64,000 nucleotides of DNA from IMG/VR virus record IMGVR_UViG_3300027712_001108, positions 64,001-128,000 of that record. One strand, written 5' to 3'. The number at the start of each line of letters is the position of its first letter. The stretch's first letter is position 1. Positions 7,673-17,393 of this stretch are shown piece by piece. Made by a program: the position numbers and the translations under genes. Under the pieces are notes generated by a model. The model had not been told where the DNA came from and did not search any database. It was given only the letters and a program-made list of their open reading frames with translations. Origin of the DNA: a virus.

Positions 7673-7747
7673 TGGATCGTCGCCAAGTGGTAAGGCCGCG
7701 GTTTTTGGTACCGCTATACGGAGGTTCGAATCCTCCCGATCCAACCA
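7673..7747 (+). tRNA. tRNA-Gln(TTG)
   Basis: TCGCCAAGTGGTAAGGC D-arm, loop TTTTGGT. Confidence 0.95.
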
Positions 7748-7809
7748 TTAAATATTAGTAAAGCAACGACGTTAAATGGTATAAATAATATTATAATCGG
7801 AGTAATATT

Positions 7810-8355
7810 ATGATACCTATTAGCGAATATATGAAATTGTCAAGAGACGACAGACGTGTACATCTTAAATTAAATGAACCGTGTGATGTTCGAGGCATAC
7901 GATATTCGTATAATTTGATAGGATTAGTTGCGTACTATATTAATACAAGTGTGCCGCAAAAAGGCGACAATGCAATAGTTTGTCATGCCTGTAATAATTC
8001 AGGTTGTTCAAATCCCAATCATTTATATTGGGGATCTTACAAAGATAATCATTCAGATCAAGTAGAATCTGGTACATGGCAATCACCATATGCACGTACT
8101 GTTAACAAATATGGAATTGATACTACAATCTCTATGTTAACTAAATCCGGTAAAGAAGGTGGTAAAAAACTATTAGGTCGTAGTAAATCGGACAATCATA
8201 AGAAAAGTTTGTCCAATTCTCAATATGGTACAATGTGGATAACAAATGGCATCGATAATAGAAAAATAAAAAAAGAGCAGGATGTAATACCAGAGGGATG
8301 GTATAAAGGTAGAATTCAACCACCAGCCAATCATATAAATACAGTATGCTTATAA
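7810..8355 (+). CDS. HNH homing endonuclease
   Basis: VCHACNNSGCSNPNHLYWG motif; NUMOD-like C-terminus. Confidence 0.85.
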   Translation: MIPISEYMKLSRDDRRVHLKLNEPCDVRGIRYSYNLIGLVAYYINTSVPQKGDNAIVCHACNNSGCSNPNHLYWGSYKDNHSDQVESGTWQSPYARTVNKYGIDTTISMLTKSGKEGGKKLLGRSKSDNHKKSLSNSQYGTMWITNGIDNRKIKKEQDVIPEGWYKGRIQPPANHINTVCL

Positions 8356-8657
8356 GAGAAATACTGTCAGAATTAACATTCATGGGTAGTCCTTGCACAA
8401 AGGATTGCAGCGGACACAAAGCCGGTTATGAATGGGGAATCAAACGACGCGGTAAGATTGCCAACAGTTGGAGCAACAGTTTCAACAATGGCACAAACAT
8501 TGCTGCACAGAAGATCGCAGCCAGACCACAAGGTGGTGGTAAGTTGCCTCAACACCTAAGCCAAACTCCTGCTGCGATACGCAAGCGTCAACAACGCAGT
8601 GTTATCAAACAAAATCGGGTTGCACCGCCTGCACCACCACAGAAACCCATAGCATAA
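8346..8657 (+). CDS. Small basic late protein
   Basis: MLIREILSE leader, CTKDCSGHKAGYEW motif, TATAAATA upstream. Confidence 0.7.
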   Translation: MLIREILSELTFMGSPCTKDCSGHKAGYEWGIKRRGKIANSWSNSFNNGTNIAAQKIAARPQGGGKLPQHLSQTPAAIRKRQQRSVIKQNRVAPPAPPQKPIA

Positions 8658-8737
8658 TTAATACCAGCGACATCTAAATCTTGTAAATCATATTATGAGA
8701 TTGCATTTGGTGTTTACAGTAAGTATAACTAATACAT

Positions 8738-8814
8738 CGGAGTGTAGCTCAGCTTGGTAGAGCGCTTGGTTTGGGACCAAGATGTCGTGGGTTCAAATCC
8801 TGTCACTCCGACCA
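8738..8814 (+). tRNA. tRNA-Pro(TGG)
   Basis: Cloverleaf, loop TTTGGGA. Confidence 0.95.
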
Positions 8815-8833
8815 TTTTAAATCTGAGGTAACG

Positions 8834-8980
8834 ATGTCCAAGTCCAGTCTCGAATATGCAGAATTGTCGGGTATAAACATATGCCTAATGAAGTTAAGCG
8901 TTAAGAAAGATAGGACCAAAGATGAAGAAATCGTATTAAACTGGCTTAAAGCCAGATCAGATTATCTTAAAAATTTGTAA
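8834..8980 (+). CDS. Small hypothetical protein
   Basis: GAGG SD, 48 aa. Confidence 0.5.
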   Translation: MSKSSLEYAELSGINICLMKLSVKKDRTKDEEIVLNWLKARSDYLKNL

Positions 8981-8984
8981 TCAT

Positions 8985-10463
8985 ATGGATATTGTAATTT
9001 GTATTTTGCCAAAGATAGAGCCTAGTGCTCCGTCTGTTGGTCCTTCTATTTTAAAAAGCCATTGTATTGCAGCAGGATTTTCCTGTAAGGTGGCGGATTT
9101 TAATATAGAATTGTACAACTCTATACCAACTGATATGCAAAGTATATGGCATAGCAACGATAGTGTATTTGATAATATGCACGAGTGGTTGCCGTTATAT
9201 GAACAGACATTTAAATCTACATTTGAACAGTTTGCAGATAGACTGATAGCAGAAAACTCAACATGGATAGGACTAAGTGTATTCAGTATCAAAAGCATGT
9301 TGCCTGCAATAGAGTTGATTAAACTAATCAAACATAAGAAACCAGAACAAAAAATTGTTGTTGGTGGCGCCGGTATCTATAACGACATAACTGCGCTAAC
9401 CGCAGCAGGTGCAGACCACTGGATAGTAGGCGACGCCGAAGAAAGCATTGTGGAATTGTTAAAAGGCAATATGTCTTTTAGAGGTATAGACAACACACAT
9501 CCTTACCAAATAGACGATTTGGATTCAGCTTCCATTCCCAACTATGACGACATAGATTTTAGCCAATATGCGAATTCTAATAACAGACAAGTATATATAA
9601 CAGCAAGTAGAGGCTGTATTAGAGACTGCACATTTTGTGATGTTGCATCAATGTGGCCTAAATTTAGATTTAGAAGCAGTGCAAATGTAGTAGACGAAAT
9701 CATACAACTGCGCCAACGATACGACATTAGAAATTTCTATTTTACAGACAGTCTTATAAATGGCGGTGTTAAAATATTCAGGGATATGTGCGCAGTATTG
9801 GCACAATACAGGCAAGAAACTGGCAGCGACTGGACATTGGGTAGCCAATTCATATGCAGATCTGCTGAACAGATGCCGCCAAACGATTATGATTTAATGA
9901 AAGCAGCGGGATTTTCTTGGGTTGCAATAGGTATAGAATCTGCCAGTCAAGCTGTGCGAGATCATATGAGAAAAGGATTTACCAATGAAGATATGTGGTA
10001 CACATTCGATCAGTTACATCGGGTTGGTATAAATCTAAACATACTGCTAATAGCTGGATACCTTACAGAAACCAAAGCTGATTTTGATGAAACTCTTGAC
10101 ATGATACATCGTTTAGCTAGGGAAGATTACCTAAGCAACATAGATGCCATTAATATATTTGAAGCAATCATTTTCAAAAAAACACCGTCGTATGATATAA
10201 GCAAGCAGCTTGGTGTTATAGATATAGACAATGACACATGGCATTTGCCAGACAATACCAACAATTTAAGAGTGAGAGTTGTTCGTACATTAAAAGCGTA
10301 TACACTGATAGAACGGTACAGAGGCGATGACAAAATGTTCTGGCTTGCCAAATCTGTAATACATTCTTGTACAACTCGTTACAAAGAACTAACCGGTCGC
10401 GATTTACCAACTGATATACTAAACTATGACGAATCGCTAGAATATAACCAATTGCCTTCGTAG
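8985..10463 (+). CDS. B12-binding-domain radical SAM protein
   Basis: SRGCIRDCTFC, VVGGAG, GDAE and GIESAS motifs. Confidence 0.9.
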   Translation: MDIVICILPKIEPSAPSVGPSILKSHCIAAGFSCKVADFNIELYNSIPTDMQSIWHSNDSVFDNMHEWLPLYEQTFKSTFEQFADRLIAENSTWIGLSVFSIKSMLPAIELIKLIKHKKPEQKIVVGGAGIYNDITALTAAGADHWIVGDAEESIVELLKGNMSFRGIDNTHPYQIDDLDSASIPNYDDIDFSQYANSNNRQVYITASRGCIRDCTFCDVASMWPKFRFRSSANVVDEIIQLRQRYDIRNFYFTDSLINGGVKIFRDMCAVLAQYRQETGSDWTLGSQFICRSAEQMPPNDYDLMKAAGFSWVAIGIESASQAVRDHMRKGFTNEDMWYTFDQLHRVGINLNILLIAGYLTETKADFDETLDMIHRLAREDYLSNIDAINIFEAIIFKKTPSYDISKQLGVIDIDNDTWHLPDNTNNLRVRVVRTLKAYTLIERYRGDDKMFWLAKSVIHSCTTRYKELTGRDLPTDILNYDESLEYNQLPS

Positions 10464-10529
10464 CTCAATGGATAGAGCAGCAGACTTCGAATCTGTAGGT
10501 TGGGAGTTCGAGTCTCTCCGAGGGTGCCA
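10454..10529 (+). tRNA. tRNA-Arg(TCG)
   Basis: Loop CTTCGAA; overlaps the stop of the upstream CDS. Confidence 0.95.
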
Positions 10530-10593
10530 TTTCGATCTATGAACATCGGTTCATCCTGTATCAGTAAGCAGGCGACGTACATGAGAGGACAAT

Positions 10594-10863
10594 ATGAAAA
10601 CGTTAGAAGAGAAAGAAGCATTTTATGCAAAATGCGCAGAGATACTAAACATACCGCATGTGTTTCATGTTCCAGTTCGTAGAAAAACACGATGGAACAC
10701 ACGCTTCTTAGGCAACGGTAGATACCCAGGCTTTGGACTAGTTCAATGCTATGGCTGTGTGGTACGAGTTGTTAGTAAACGTGGAACACGAATATTCAAA
10801 GACTATGATGAAGTCTACGAGTATTTGACCACAGTAGTACACGCATCAGCAACGGTAATTTGA
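10594..10863 (+). CDS. Hypothetical protein
   Basis: GAGG SD, 89 aa. Confidence 0.65.
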   Translation: MKTLEEKEAFYAKCAEILNIPHVFHVPVRRKTRWNTRFLGNGRYPGFGLVQCYGCVVRVVSKRGTRIFKDYDEVYEYLTTVVHASATVI

Positions 10864-10913
10864 TTAAGTATGTTCATACGTTATACTCTATAATCTAACA
10901 TAGAGGACTTCTA

Positions 10914-11822
10914 ATGAAAAAACTTATTGCACTTATTATAATTGCTGTATTGGCAATTGCTGCATGGTATTATCATCCAAAGACTATGCAGCTTTATACC
11001 AGTAATACGTTTACTCCTAGCTTTGTTGTAGACTATGCAAAATGTGGTACCTATCCTGTAATTTCCGGTGCCAGTGTTACGTTTGGATCAGGCTCCACAT
11101 GTGCTGCGGGTCGTGTTGTATCACAGCATGGTTATACAAATATTACCAAAATAACAGCTACTATTGACCTTAGCAAGGTTACACAGAATTATGTTAATGC
11201 GGCTGTGTATATGGTAGAGGATCCAACTAAACCTTCTACACAGCCATCAGGTAGCAATTATTGCGATGCAGGTGGCAACAACAACAATTGGAACTGTAGA
11301 GAACTTGATATTATAGAGACTAATGGGAACAAAATAACACAGACTACCATGCATTTGGGATCTGGCGGCAGCAGTGCACCGCAACGCTATGAATATAGTT
11401 TTTCAGATACTGCCAACACGTCGTGCTTTAATTACAGCAACATGAAAAACGACCCTGCCGCCGGTACACACAGTTTAGTAGACATAATTGATATGTCAAA
11501 ACCATTCCAAATGACTACGGTGTTTGACTATACCACACCCGGTATGACAGTAACATACAGTCAAAACGGTAAAAGCGTAGTTGTGTATGATACCGCAGAC
11601 GGCAGTGGTGCAGAAGGCAGTGGTACACTGGATATGAACGACTTGATCAACAGTATGGCTGTGGGCTATTGGTTAGAGCTTAGTTTTTGGCAAGGCTACA
11701 GCCCAACTGGTCCAAATGGTACATGGTGGAATGGTTCATGTAGTTGGGGCAGTCTTTGCAACAGCAGTGGGCAATACTGGACTATTACTGATATAGTAGT
11801 AACAGCAGATAGCGAAATTTGA
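10914..11822 (+). CDS. Secreted/anchored GH7-like glycoside hydrolase
   Basis: Signal peptide; YCDA, CRELDIIETN (ExDxxE) and IDMSKPFQMTTVF motifs. Confidence 0.65.
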   Translation: MKKLIALIIIAVLAIAAWYYHPKTMQLYTSNTFTPSFVVDYAKCGTYPVISGASVTFGSGSTCAAGRVVSQHGYTNITKITATIDLSKVTQNYVNAAVYMVEDPTKPSTQPSGSNYCDAGGNNNNWNCRELDIIETNGNKITQTTMHLGSGGSSAPQRYEYSFSDTANTSCFNYSNMKNDPAAGTHSLVDIIDMSKPFQMTTVFDYTTPGMTVTYSQNGKSVVVYDTADGSGAEGSGTLDMNDLINSMAVGYWLELSFWQGYSPTGPNGTWWNGSCSWGSLCNSSGQYWTITDIVVTADSEI

Positions 11823-11848
11823 TAACTAAAATTAGAAAGGAGGCAAAC

Positions 11849-12007
11849 ATGAAACAGAATAAACTTGTCAGTAAACTGTATCGTGCTTGTCTCGACCACG
11901 ACGAGAAGACCCTTGACAAACTTCGCAAGATGGAGTTTAAGAAGATCTTTAAGCACCGAGCCGAGAACAAGCCGTTCGGTACTAATTGGACCGTAGTAAG
12001 GTTCTAA
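11849..12007 (+). CDS. Small basic hypothetical protein
   Basis: AGGAGG SD. Confidence 0.65.
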   Translation: MKQNKLVSKLYRACLDHDEKTLDKLRKMEFKKIFKHRAENKPFGTNWTVVRF

Positions 12008-12015
12008 ACAACAAT

Positions 12016-12093
12016 GGGCCTGTAGTGTATCGCGGTGTACACGCTAGCCTGAAAGGCTAGAAAAGGATGTTCGAGTCAAGCCCCGGCCTACCA
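12016..12093 (+). pseudogene. Degenerate tRNA-Phe(GAA)-like gene
   Basis: CTAGC-CTGAAAG-GCTAG anticodon arm, CCA end, poorly paired T-stem. Confidence 0.5.
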
Positions 12094-12230
12094 AAAACGT
12101 ATAAGTAACAATTAGATAGCATCAAAAGGGAAACAGATGCCAAACGACGGTCATAGTAACTAGCCATCAAGAACAGTTGGTATGATCGTCGTACCCGTGC
12201 TCTTGATGGCCTAAACATCAAGGAGCACCA

Positions 12231-12560
12231 ATGAACCAAGTTATATATAATGGATTCGATTTGCTTAGCAATTGGATAGCTAGAACAACTGGTAAACCGC
12301 AGGCATTCTTAATAGCCTGTGCAGTTGTAATTTTTTGGGCTGTAACAGGTCCGTTATTTGGATTTAGCGATACGTGGCAGCTGGTAATCAACACCAGTAC
12401 TACTATTATTACATTCTTAATGGTATTCTTGTTGCAGAATACAGGTAACAGAACTATTGAGGAAATGCATGCTAGACTACGGGGTATGGAGCAGCAAAAT
12501 TCTCAAATAATTGCTGCACTTAACCAAATAACTGTTGACCGTATGTCAATAGATGTGTAA
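12231..12560 (+). CDS. Low-affinity iron permease family membrane protein
   Basis: GPLFGFSDTWQLVINTSTTIITFLMVFLLQNT signature. Confidence 0.85.
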   Translation: MNQVIYNGFDLLSNWIARTTGKPQAFLIACAVVIFWAVTGPLFGFSDTWQLVINTSTTIITFLMVFLLQNTGNRTIEEMHARLRGMEQQNSQIIAALNQITVDRMSIDV

Positions 12561-12589
12561 ATTATATACACAACAAAAGGAGTCGTGTT

Positions 12590-12769
12590 ATGAAACGTAA
12601 ACAGCTAAAAGCGCCTAAACCGCGCAATCCCATTGTTAATATTGTCATGTTCCGCAGCGGTGCCGGTGTACATGACAAGCCCAACAAAGCCAAACGAGCA
12701 GCTAACAAAGTTGCTATGAAAAAGCAGGTCAGGGACAGTTTTGACCCTGACCGCAGTTTTGCAGCATGA
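12590..12769 (+). CDS. Small very basic protein (KPRNP..AGVH motif), not in ORF track
   Basis: AGGAG SD, TTGACC promoter upstream, 59 aa, stop overlaps the next ATG. Confidence 0.65.
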   Translation: MKRKQLKAPKPRNPIVNIVMFRSGAGVHDKPNKAKRAANKVAMKKQVRDSFDPDRSFAA

Positions 12770-13851
12770 CAGATACTAAACCATTTTGTTCTGCACCATG
12801 GACAAGTATTCAACATGGCTCTGTACTTCATCAAGGTGGTACATGCCCATGCTGCGAGTGGAATGGTAAAATATACAAAGGCGGTATTAAACAGTATTTG
12901 GAATCAGACTGGCTGCGCAGTGTTAAAGAAACCATGCAATCATATGACATGGATATAATCAATTCAACTTGTAAATCTTGTTTAGAAGTCGAAAAGCTAA
13001 ACATGCGGTCTAAGAGAAATCTAATAGACAACTGGATCGAATCTACCACTCTTGAATTTGACAAAATTGGATTAGTGGATTATCGGGCTAGCAATTTATG
13101 CAATTTAAAATGCAGAATGTGTTTTCCCAGTAACAGTTCTATGATTGCCAAAGAGATGAATATAGACATAGATAACAGCAACAATTTCGTTGATGATATT
13201 TACGAATATGATTTAAAAGATGTTGCTATTGTTAATATCGTAGGCGGCGAACCCAGTATAGATGATAAAGTTTTTAAGTTCCTAGATTGGTTAATTCTAA
13301 ACAACTGGCATGAACAAATGGAGTTGACTATTACAACTAATGCAACAAATACCAATAAAAACTGGATTGATCGCATTTCGAAATTTAAAAGATTAAATGT
13401 TATAATAAGTGTAGATGGTATAGGTGATGTATATGAATATATTAGAACAAATGCCAAATGGGACAGTGTAAGTAAAAACATATCCGTATACGAATCTATG
13501 CCAAATATTAGTGTAGCTTTTCAAATAACAGGCAGTATGTATAATATACCTGTAATAGAAAAATGGTTACCATGGTTTTTAGATAAGGAATATGCAAACA
13601 TATATCCGGTAGAAAGCCAACTGCATTTGACATTGGCGGCATTATCACCGGATATTAAACAAGAGAAAATTGCGTATTTAAAAACCATAAACTCTCATAT
13701 GGCAGCATCTACTATACAGATGTTAGAAAATGCAACATATGACAAGGCGGTACATTGCGCATTCGTTGATGATACTAATAAGTTAGACGGCATACGACAA
13801 ACAGACATTACCAGTATTGATACTGTTTTCGAACGAATACTGCGCCCGTAG
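12766..13851 (+). CDS. Radical SAM protein with twitch/SPASM-like Cys cluster
   Basis: CNLKCRMC, GGEP, ISVDG, YEYIR; N-terminal CSAPW..CPCC. Confidence 0.9.
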   Translation: MTDTKPFCSAPWTSIQHGSVLHQGGTCPCCEWNGKIYKGGIKQYLESDWLRSVKETMQSYDMDIINSTCKSCLEVEKLNMRSKRNLIDNWIESTTLEFDKIGLVDYRASNLCNLKCRMCFPSNSSMIAKEMNIDIDNSNNFVDDIYEYDLKDVAIVNIVGGEPSIDDKVFKFLDWLILNNWHEQMELTITTNATNTNKNWIDRISKFKRLNVIISVDGIGDVYEYIRTNAKWDSVSKNISVYESMPNISVAFQITGSMYNIPVIEKWLPWFLDKEYANIYPVESQLHLTLAALSPDIKQEKIAYLKTINSHMAASTIQMLENATYDKAVHCAFVDDTNKLDGIRQTDITSIDTVFERILRP

Positions 13852-13918
13852 CTTAGTTGGTCTAAAGCAACCGACTTTTAATCGGTGATCCTGGGTTCAA
13901 ATCCCAGCGGGCACACCA
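13842..13918 (+). tRNA. tRNA-Lys(TTT)
   Basis: Loop CTTTTAA; C2.A71 mismatch. Confidence 0.95.
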
Positions 13919-13995
13919 TTATTTTTTTATATAACACTATTATACTTTTAAATACTGTTATCATTGACACTGCTGTCGTATAGATTGAATAGATA

Positions 13996-14949
13996 ATGAA
14001 ACTTAACTTGCCTGATCATAGACTATTTAAAGATTTCAAACATATTAATCTTAACGTGGATCTAACATTATGTTGGACACCTGCTGCTGGCGGTCATTTT
14101 ATTTGTAATGCAATTTCAGATGTTAAAAATATACCAAATTCAGTGAATGAATATGGACACAGTGATTCATTATGGAACTATATGGATTTATATAACATAG
14201 AACATGAAAATATGGTCGAGTATCTTGATACAGTATATGATATTGCAAGCAACTTAGACTTTTCAAAAAAACGTATGGTATTGCGGTCTCATGGGTATCC
14301 TTTGTTATTATCTAACATTGTCAACTATAGTTCTAAAGAAATAGTAATCATACATCCAGATGAGGAAAGCAAATATTTACTATCTATATTATCAGCAATT
14401 AAACATAACTTCAATCCTGTATTAGATATCAGTGCTATTGTAGATCTAGTAGATAGGGTACAGAAGTCCAATATCAAAGTACATGCAGACGATCTAATAC
14501 TATTAACTGAACAAATTGTAACGTATATTGATCGCAACGTTGATATAAACACTGCTGGGATAATATGGTATTATTTTTTACATTGCAAAAAACATAATTT
14601 AATATCAACAAAATCAATCTTCAATGACTTTATAAAAGATTTATTTAAGAATTGTATTATGTATGATAATATTACACCTGATTGCGGACTGACAGATATA
14701 GTAGAATATCTGTCACAGTTTGGTAATTGTAAGGTTATAAATTACATAGACCTATTTTTTAAATTAAAAATACCATCAGATGGACTGCTAGCTAAATTAG
14801 ATAAAACAGAAATATATAACTACAGTAAAGCAAATTTAAAGTTAATAATTAAGTTTTTATCATTGGTAGATGACACGGAAGCTGCTAAAATAAAAGACTA
14901 CATTGCTGCATTTAAACATTATTTAGAAGAAAGTATACGTTCAGTATAA
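13996..14949 (+). CDS. AT-rich hypothetical protein
   Basis: 317-aa ORF; WTPAAGGHFI motif. Confidence 0.7.
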   Translation: MKLNLPDHRLFKDFKHINLNVDLTLCWTPAAGGHFICNAISDVKNIPNSVNEYGHSDSLWNYMDLYNIEHENMVEYLDTVYDIASNLDFSKKRMVLRSHGYPLLLSNIVNYSSKEIVIIHPDEESKYLLSILSAIKHNFNPVLDISAIVDLVDRVQKSNIKVHADDLILLTEQIVTYIDRNVDINTAGIIWYYFLHCKKHNLISTKSIFNDFIKDLFKNCIMYDNITPDCGLTDIVEYLSQFGNCKVINYIDLFFKLKIPSDGLLAKLDKTEIYNYSKANLKLIIKFLSLVDDTEAAKIKDYIAAFKHYLEESIRSV

Positions 14950-15117
14950 ATTCAGGAGAACTCGATTGACTGTAGAAGAAAGATTGGCAAAATTAGAAGC
15001 AATCGTTGAATTGCTCATTGACGATCCTGTAGTTAGACATAAAATTGAAGTTGCTAGATTGAAGTCTGGTAGTAACAAGAATCCTCTTAGATTCGAAATA
15101 AAGGCAAATTATCAATA

Positions 15118-15519
15118 ATGATTGAATGTTTGATCATGGGAGACAGCATTGCTGTTGGCATTGCACAGCAACGCACCGAATGCGTAGTTGAAGCCAAAGC
15201 TGGTATCAACAGTATGGATTATGTTAACGGACTGTACTTTTTCTATGCAGTACCTAAAGCAAAGACCACTGTAATCAGTCTTGGTAGCAATGATCGGGAT
15301 ACTAGCGAAACATACCCTGTACTGGTCACGCTGCGCGATGAAATCAAAGGCTCCGTGCTTTGGATCCTGCCTGCAAAACAAGACGAAGTACGCAATATCA
15401 TGCTAACTATTGCACGCGAACGTGGCGATGCAGTTGCAGATACTCGTGCATGGCCATTGTCACTGGATGGTGTTCATCCTACTACAAAAGGATACCAAGG
15501 ACTTGCAGAGTCCTTTTAA
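15118..15519 (+). CDS. SGNH/GDSL hydrolase
   Basis: MGDSIA, SLGSND and DGVHP motifs. Confidence 0.85.
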   Translation: MIECLIMGDSIAVGIAQQRTECVVEAKAGINSMDYVNGLYFFYAVPKAKTTVISLGSNDRDTSETYPVLVTLRDEIKGSVLWILPAKQDEVRNIMLTIARERGDAVADTRAWPLSLDGVHPTTKGYQGLAESF

Positions 15520-15526
15520 AGACAAT

Positions 15527-15603
15527 GCATCCGTAGCTCAACTGGATAGAGCGTGGGCCTACGAAGCCTGAGGTTGGGAGTTCGAATCTCTCCGGGTGCA
15601 CCA
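15527..15603 (+). tRNA. tRNA-Arg(ACG)
   Basis: Loop CTACGAA. Confidence 0.95.
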
Positions 15604-15608
15604 ATAAT

Positions 15609-15698
15609 GGATGGGTGTTAGAGTGGTTGATTATGCACCCTTGGAAAGGGTGTCTGGATGCGAGTCCAGCGAGGGTTCGAATCCCTCCTCGTCCGCCA
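15609..15698 (+). tRNA. tRNA-Ser(GGA)
   Basis: Loop TTGGAAA, long variable arm. Confidence 0.9.
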
Positions 15699-15717
15699 TA
15701 TAAAAGGTAAGTTAGCT

Positions 15718-15990
15718 ATGACAATATACAAACATGTTTATCTTGCTGCATCATGGACAGATGACGATTTGGATCGCATACGAGAATTACGCAAAACTCA
15801 TGCACAGCAAGAAGGCAATGCAGATTTACCTAAAGACGTTCGAAAAGATCATCAACGCCATGTGAAAGCCTACACTATATTGTTAGAATACTTTTATGGT
15901 ACTGGGCGTTTTGCCAACACTAACAATAGTGCTGCTTTATGGCCAGATGAGTTAGAAATACATATGCAGATTGCACTATCGCATCTGTAG
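15718..15990 (+). CDS. Hypothetical protein
   Basis: ATG start after tRNA-Ser, AAGG upstream. Confidence 0.6.
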   Translation: MTIYKHVYLAASWTDDDLDRIRELRKTHAQQEGNADLPKDVRKDHQRHVKAYTILLEYFYGTGRFANTNNSAALWPDELEIHMQIALSHL

Positions 15991-16001
15991 AATAACAGAG
16001 A

Positions 16002-16136
16002 TACATAGAACTGATGCCAGAGTCTGGTTTAATGGAACTGTGGAGAACGCAGTGGCCTATGCGCTGACACATACGGTTTTAAAGCCGGTAATCTGTTATA
16101 GCAGGTCCGTGGGTTCGAATCCCACTCAGTCATGTA
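16002..16136 (+). ncRNA. Ser-type tRNA-like RNA with ~55-nt variable region, no CCA
   Basis: D-arm CCA-GAGTCTGGTTTAA-TGG, stem ACTGT/GCAGT, T-arm GTGGG-TTCGAAT-CCCAC. Confidence 0.6.
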
Positions 16137-16413
16137 AAAATAAACGTGTGATAAACAGGGGGTTGCCTATGTTACAGCGCCAAGCGAGAACCAAGTACTA
16201 AAACTTTGGTACGATATACAACACACTATACCAGTCTACTGGTCTAGTAAAGAATCAATTAAACAGTTCAAAACTGCCAGCGAACACATGCAAAAGCATG
16301 GAGTAAACTATCGTATGAACAACAAGGATGGGTATGCGAATGCATATCACAGCTTGAATAATATTGATATCATTCAGTAAATATGCTAGATTTAATATAG
16401 TAGGCATGACAAT

Positions 16414-17307
16414 ATGAAAAACTATGTACTAGTTAGATTTATGGGTGGTAGTGGCGGTGAACGAATTGCCAGTATAGCAGCATATTATTTGGATCAAGAA
16501 TACCAGTCGATAGTTACTAGTCATAACAGGTTTATGTTCAACGATTTGTTTAATACTGCGCTTCAGCTAGAAGCACCATCCGATGATCTAGTTAATAAAC
16601 TTAATATACCAAACACATATTGGTATAATATGGATGCTGAGATGATAAGCACTGTTGTGGAAAGTTTTAAACAACAACACCCGTTTAGATCAGTCGGTAA
16701 AACGCATTATCATTTTGATAAAAACTTAGATTATTCAGTTGCATTTAAAGGATTTAAAATACTAGATTTAAAACCCAGTCATAATAAATTGTGGTTAATA
16801 AATGCATTGCAATTATATAAAACTGCATGCAATATAGAAACTACACAATTATCACATAACGGTATATATACAGGCAAATTCTACCATGCAATAACCGATC
16901 ATTTTAATACACACGGATGGTGGCCTGAATATTGGATGTGGTATGGCCCTATACCATGGAACGAGTTCATAGATAAAGTTTGTTTAGATATCGTATCTGA
17001 ATTAGAACACAACACTGTTATTAGTACACCAGGCATGTTATTAGAATCTGCAAATATAGTAACAGATATTAAATTATCATGGACAGACGAGTTTTGTAAA
17101 TTTATTGGTATATCTGAATTAATACCGGAACATCGCGCAGAGATGGTTGAATGGGTAACCGGTAATTTAAAAATACTAGAACATTTAGGACTAGCTGATA
17201 AAATCAATGAAAATTTATCAGCAACAGAACAGGTACAGTTATTGAAATCTACATTTGTACCTATATATGATGATATCATATATGAAAAGTTCAACATACG
17301 TATATAA
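16414..17307 (+). CDS. AT-rich hypothetical protein
   Basis: 297-aa ORF; FMGGSGGERI motif. Confidence 0.7.
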   Translation: MKNYVLVRFMGGSGGERIASIAAYYLDQEYQSIVTSHNRFMFNDLFNTALQLEAPSDDLVNKLNIPNTYWYNMDAEMISTVVESFKQQHPFRSVGKTHYHFDKNLDYSVAFKGFKILDLKPSHNKLWLINALQLYKTACNIETTQLSHNGIYTGKFYHAITDHFNTHGWWPEYWMWYGPIPWNEFIDKVCLDIVSELEHNTVISTPGMLLESANIVTDIKLSWTDEFCKFIGISELIPEHRAEMVEWVTGNLKILEHLGLADKINENLSATEQVQLLKSTFVPIYDDIIYEKFNIRI

Positions 17308-17313
17308 CATTAT

Positions 17314-17390
17314 GCGCCGATAGCTCAGTGGTCTAGAGCAGGGAGCTCTTAACTCCAAGGTCGTGGGTTCAAATCCCACTCGGCACACCA
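17314..17390 (+). tRNA. tRNA-Lys(CTT)
   Basis: Loop CTCTTAA; C2.A71 mismatch. Confidence 0.95.
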
Positions 17391-17393
17391 ACA

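Noticed and set aside
7610-7744. N-terminal extension of the minus-strand ORF 6566..7744
   Set aside because: Antisense to tRNA-Gln; the start at 7609 is preferred. The same logic applies to track ORFs overlapping tRNAs (8771, 15658, 18130, 31507).
16147-16380. Open frame (CDKQGVAYVTAP...) after the Ser-like RNA
   Set aside because: Preceded closely by an in-frame TAA with no convincing start; possibly a gene remnant, not supportable.
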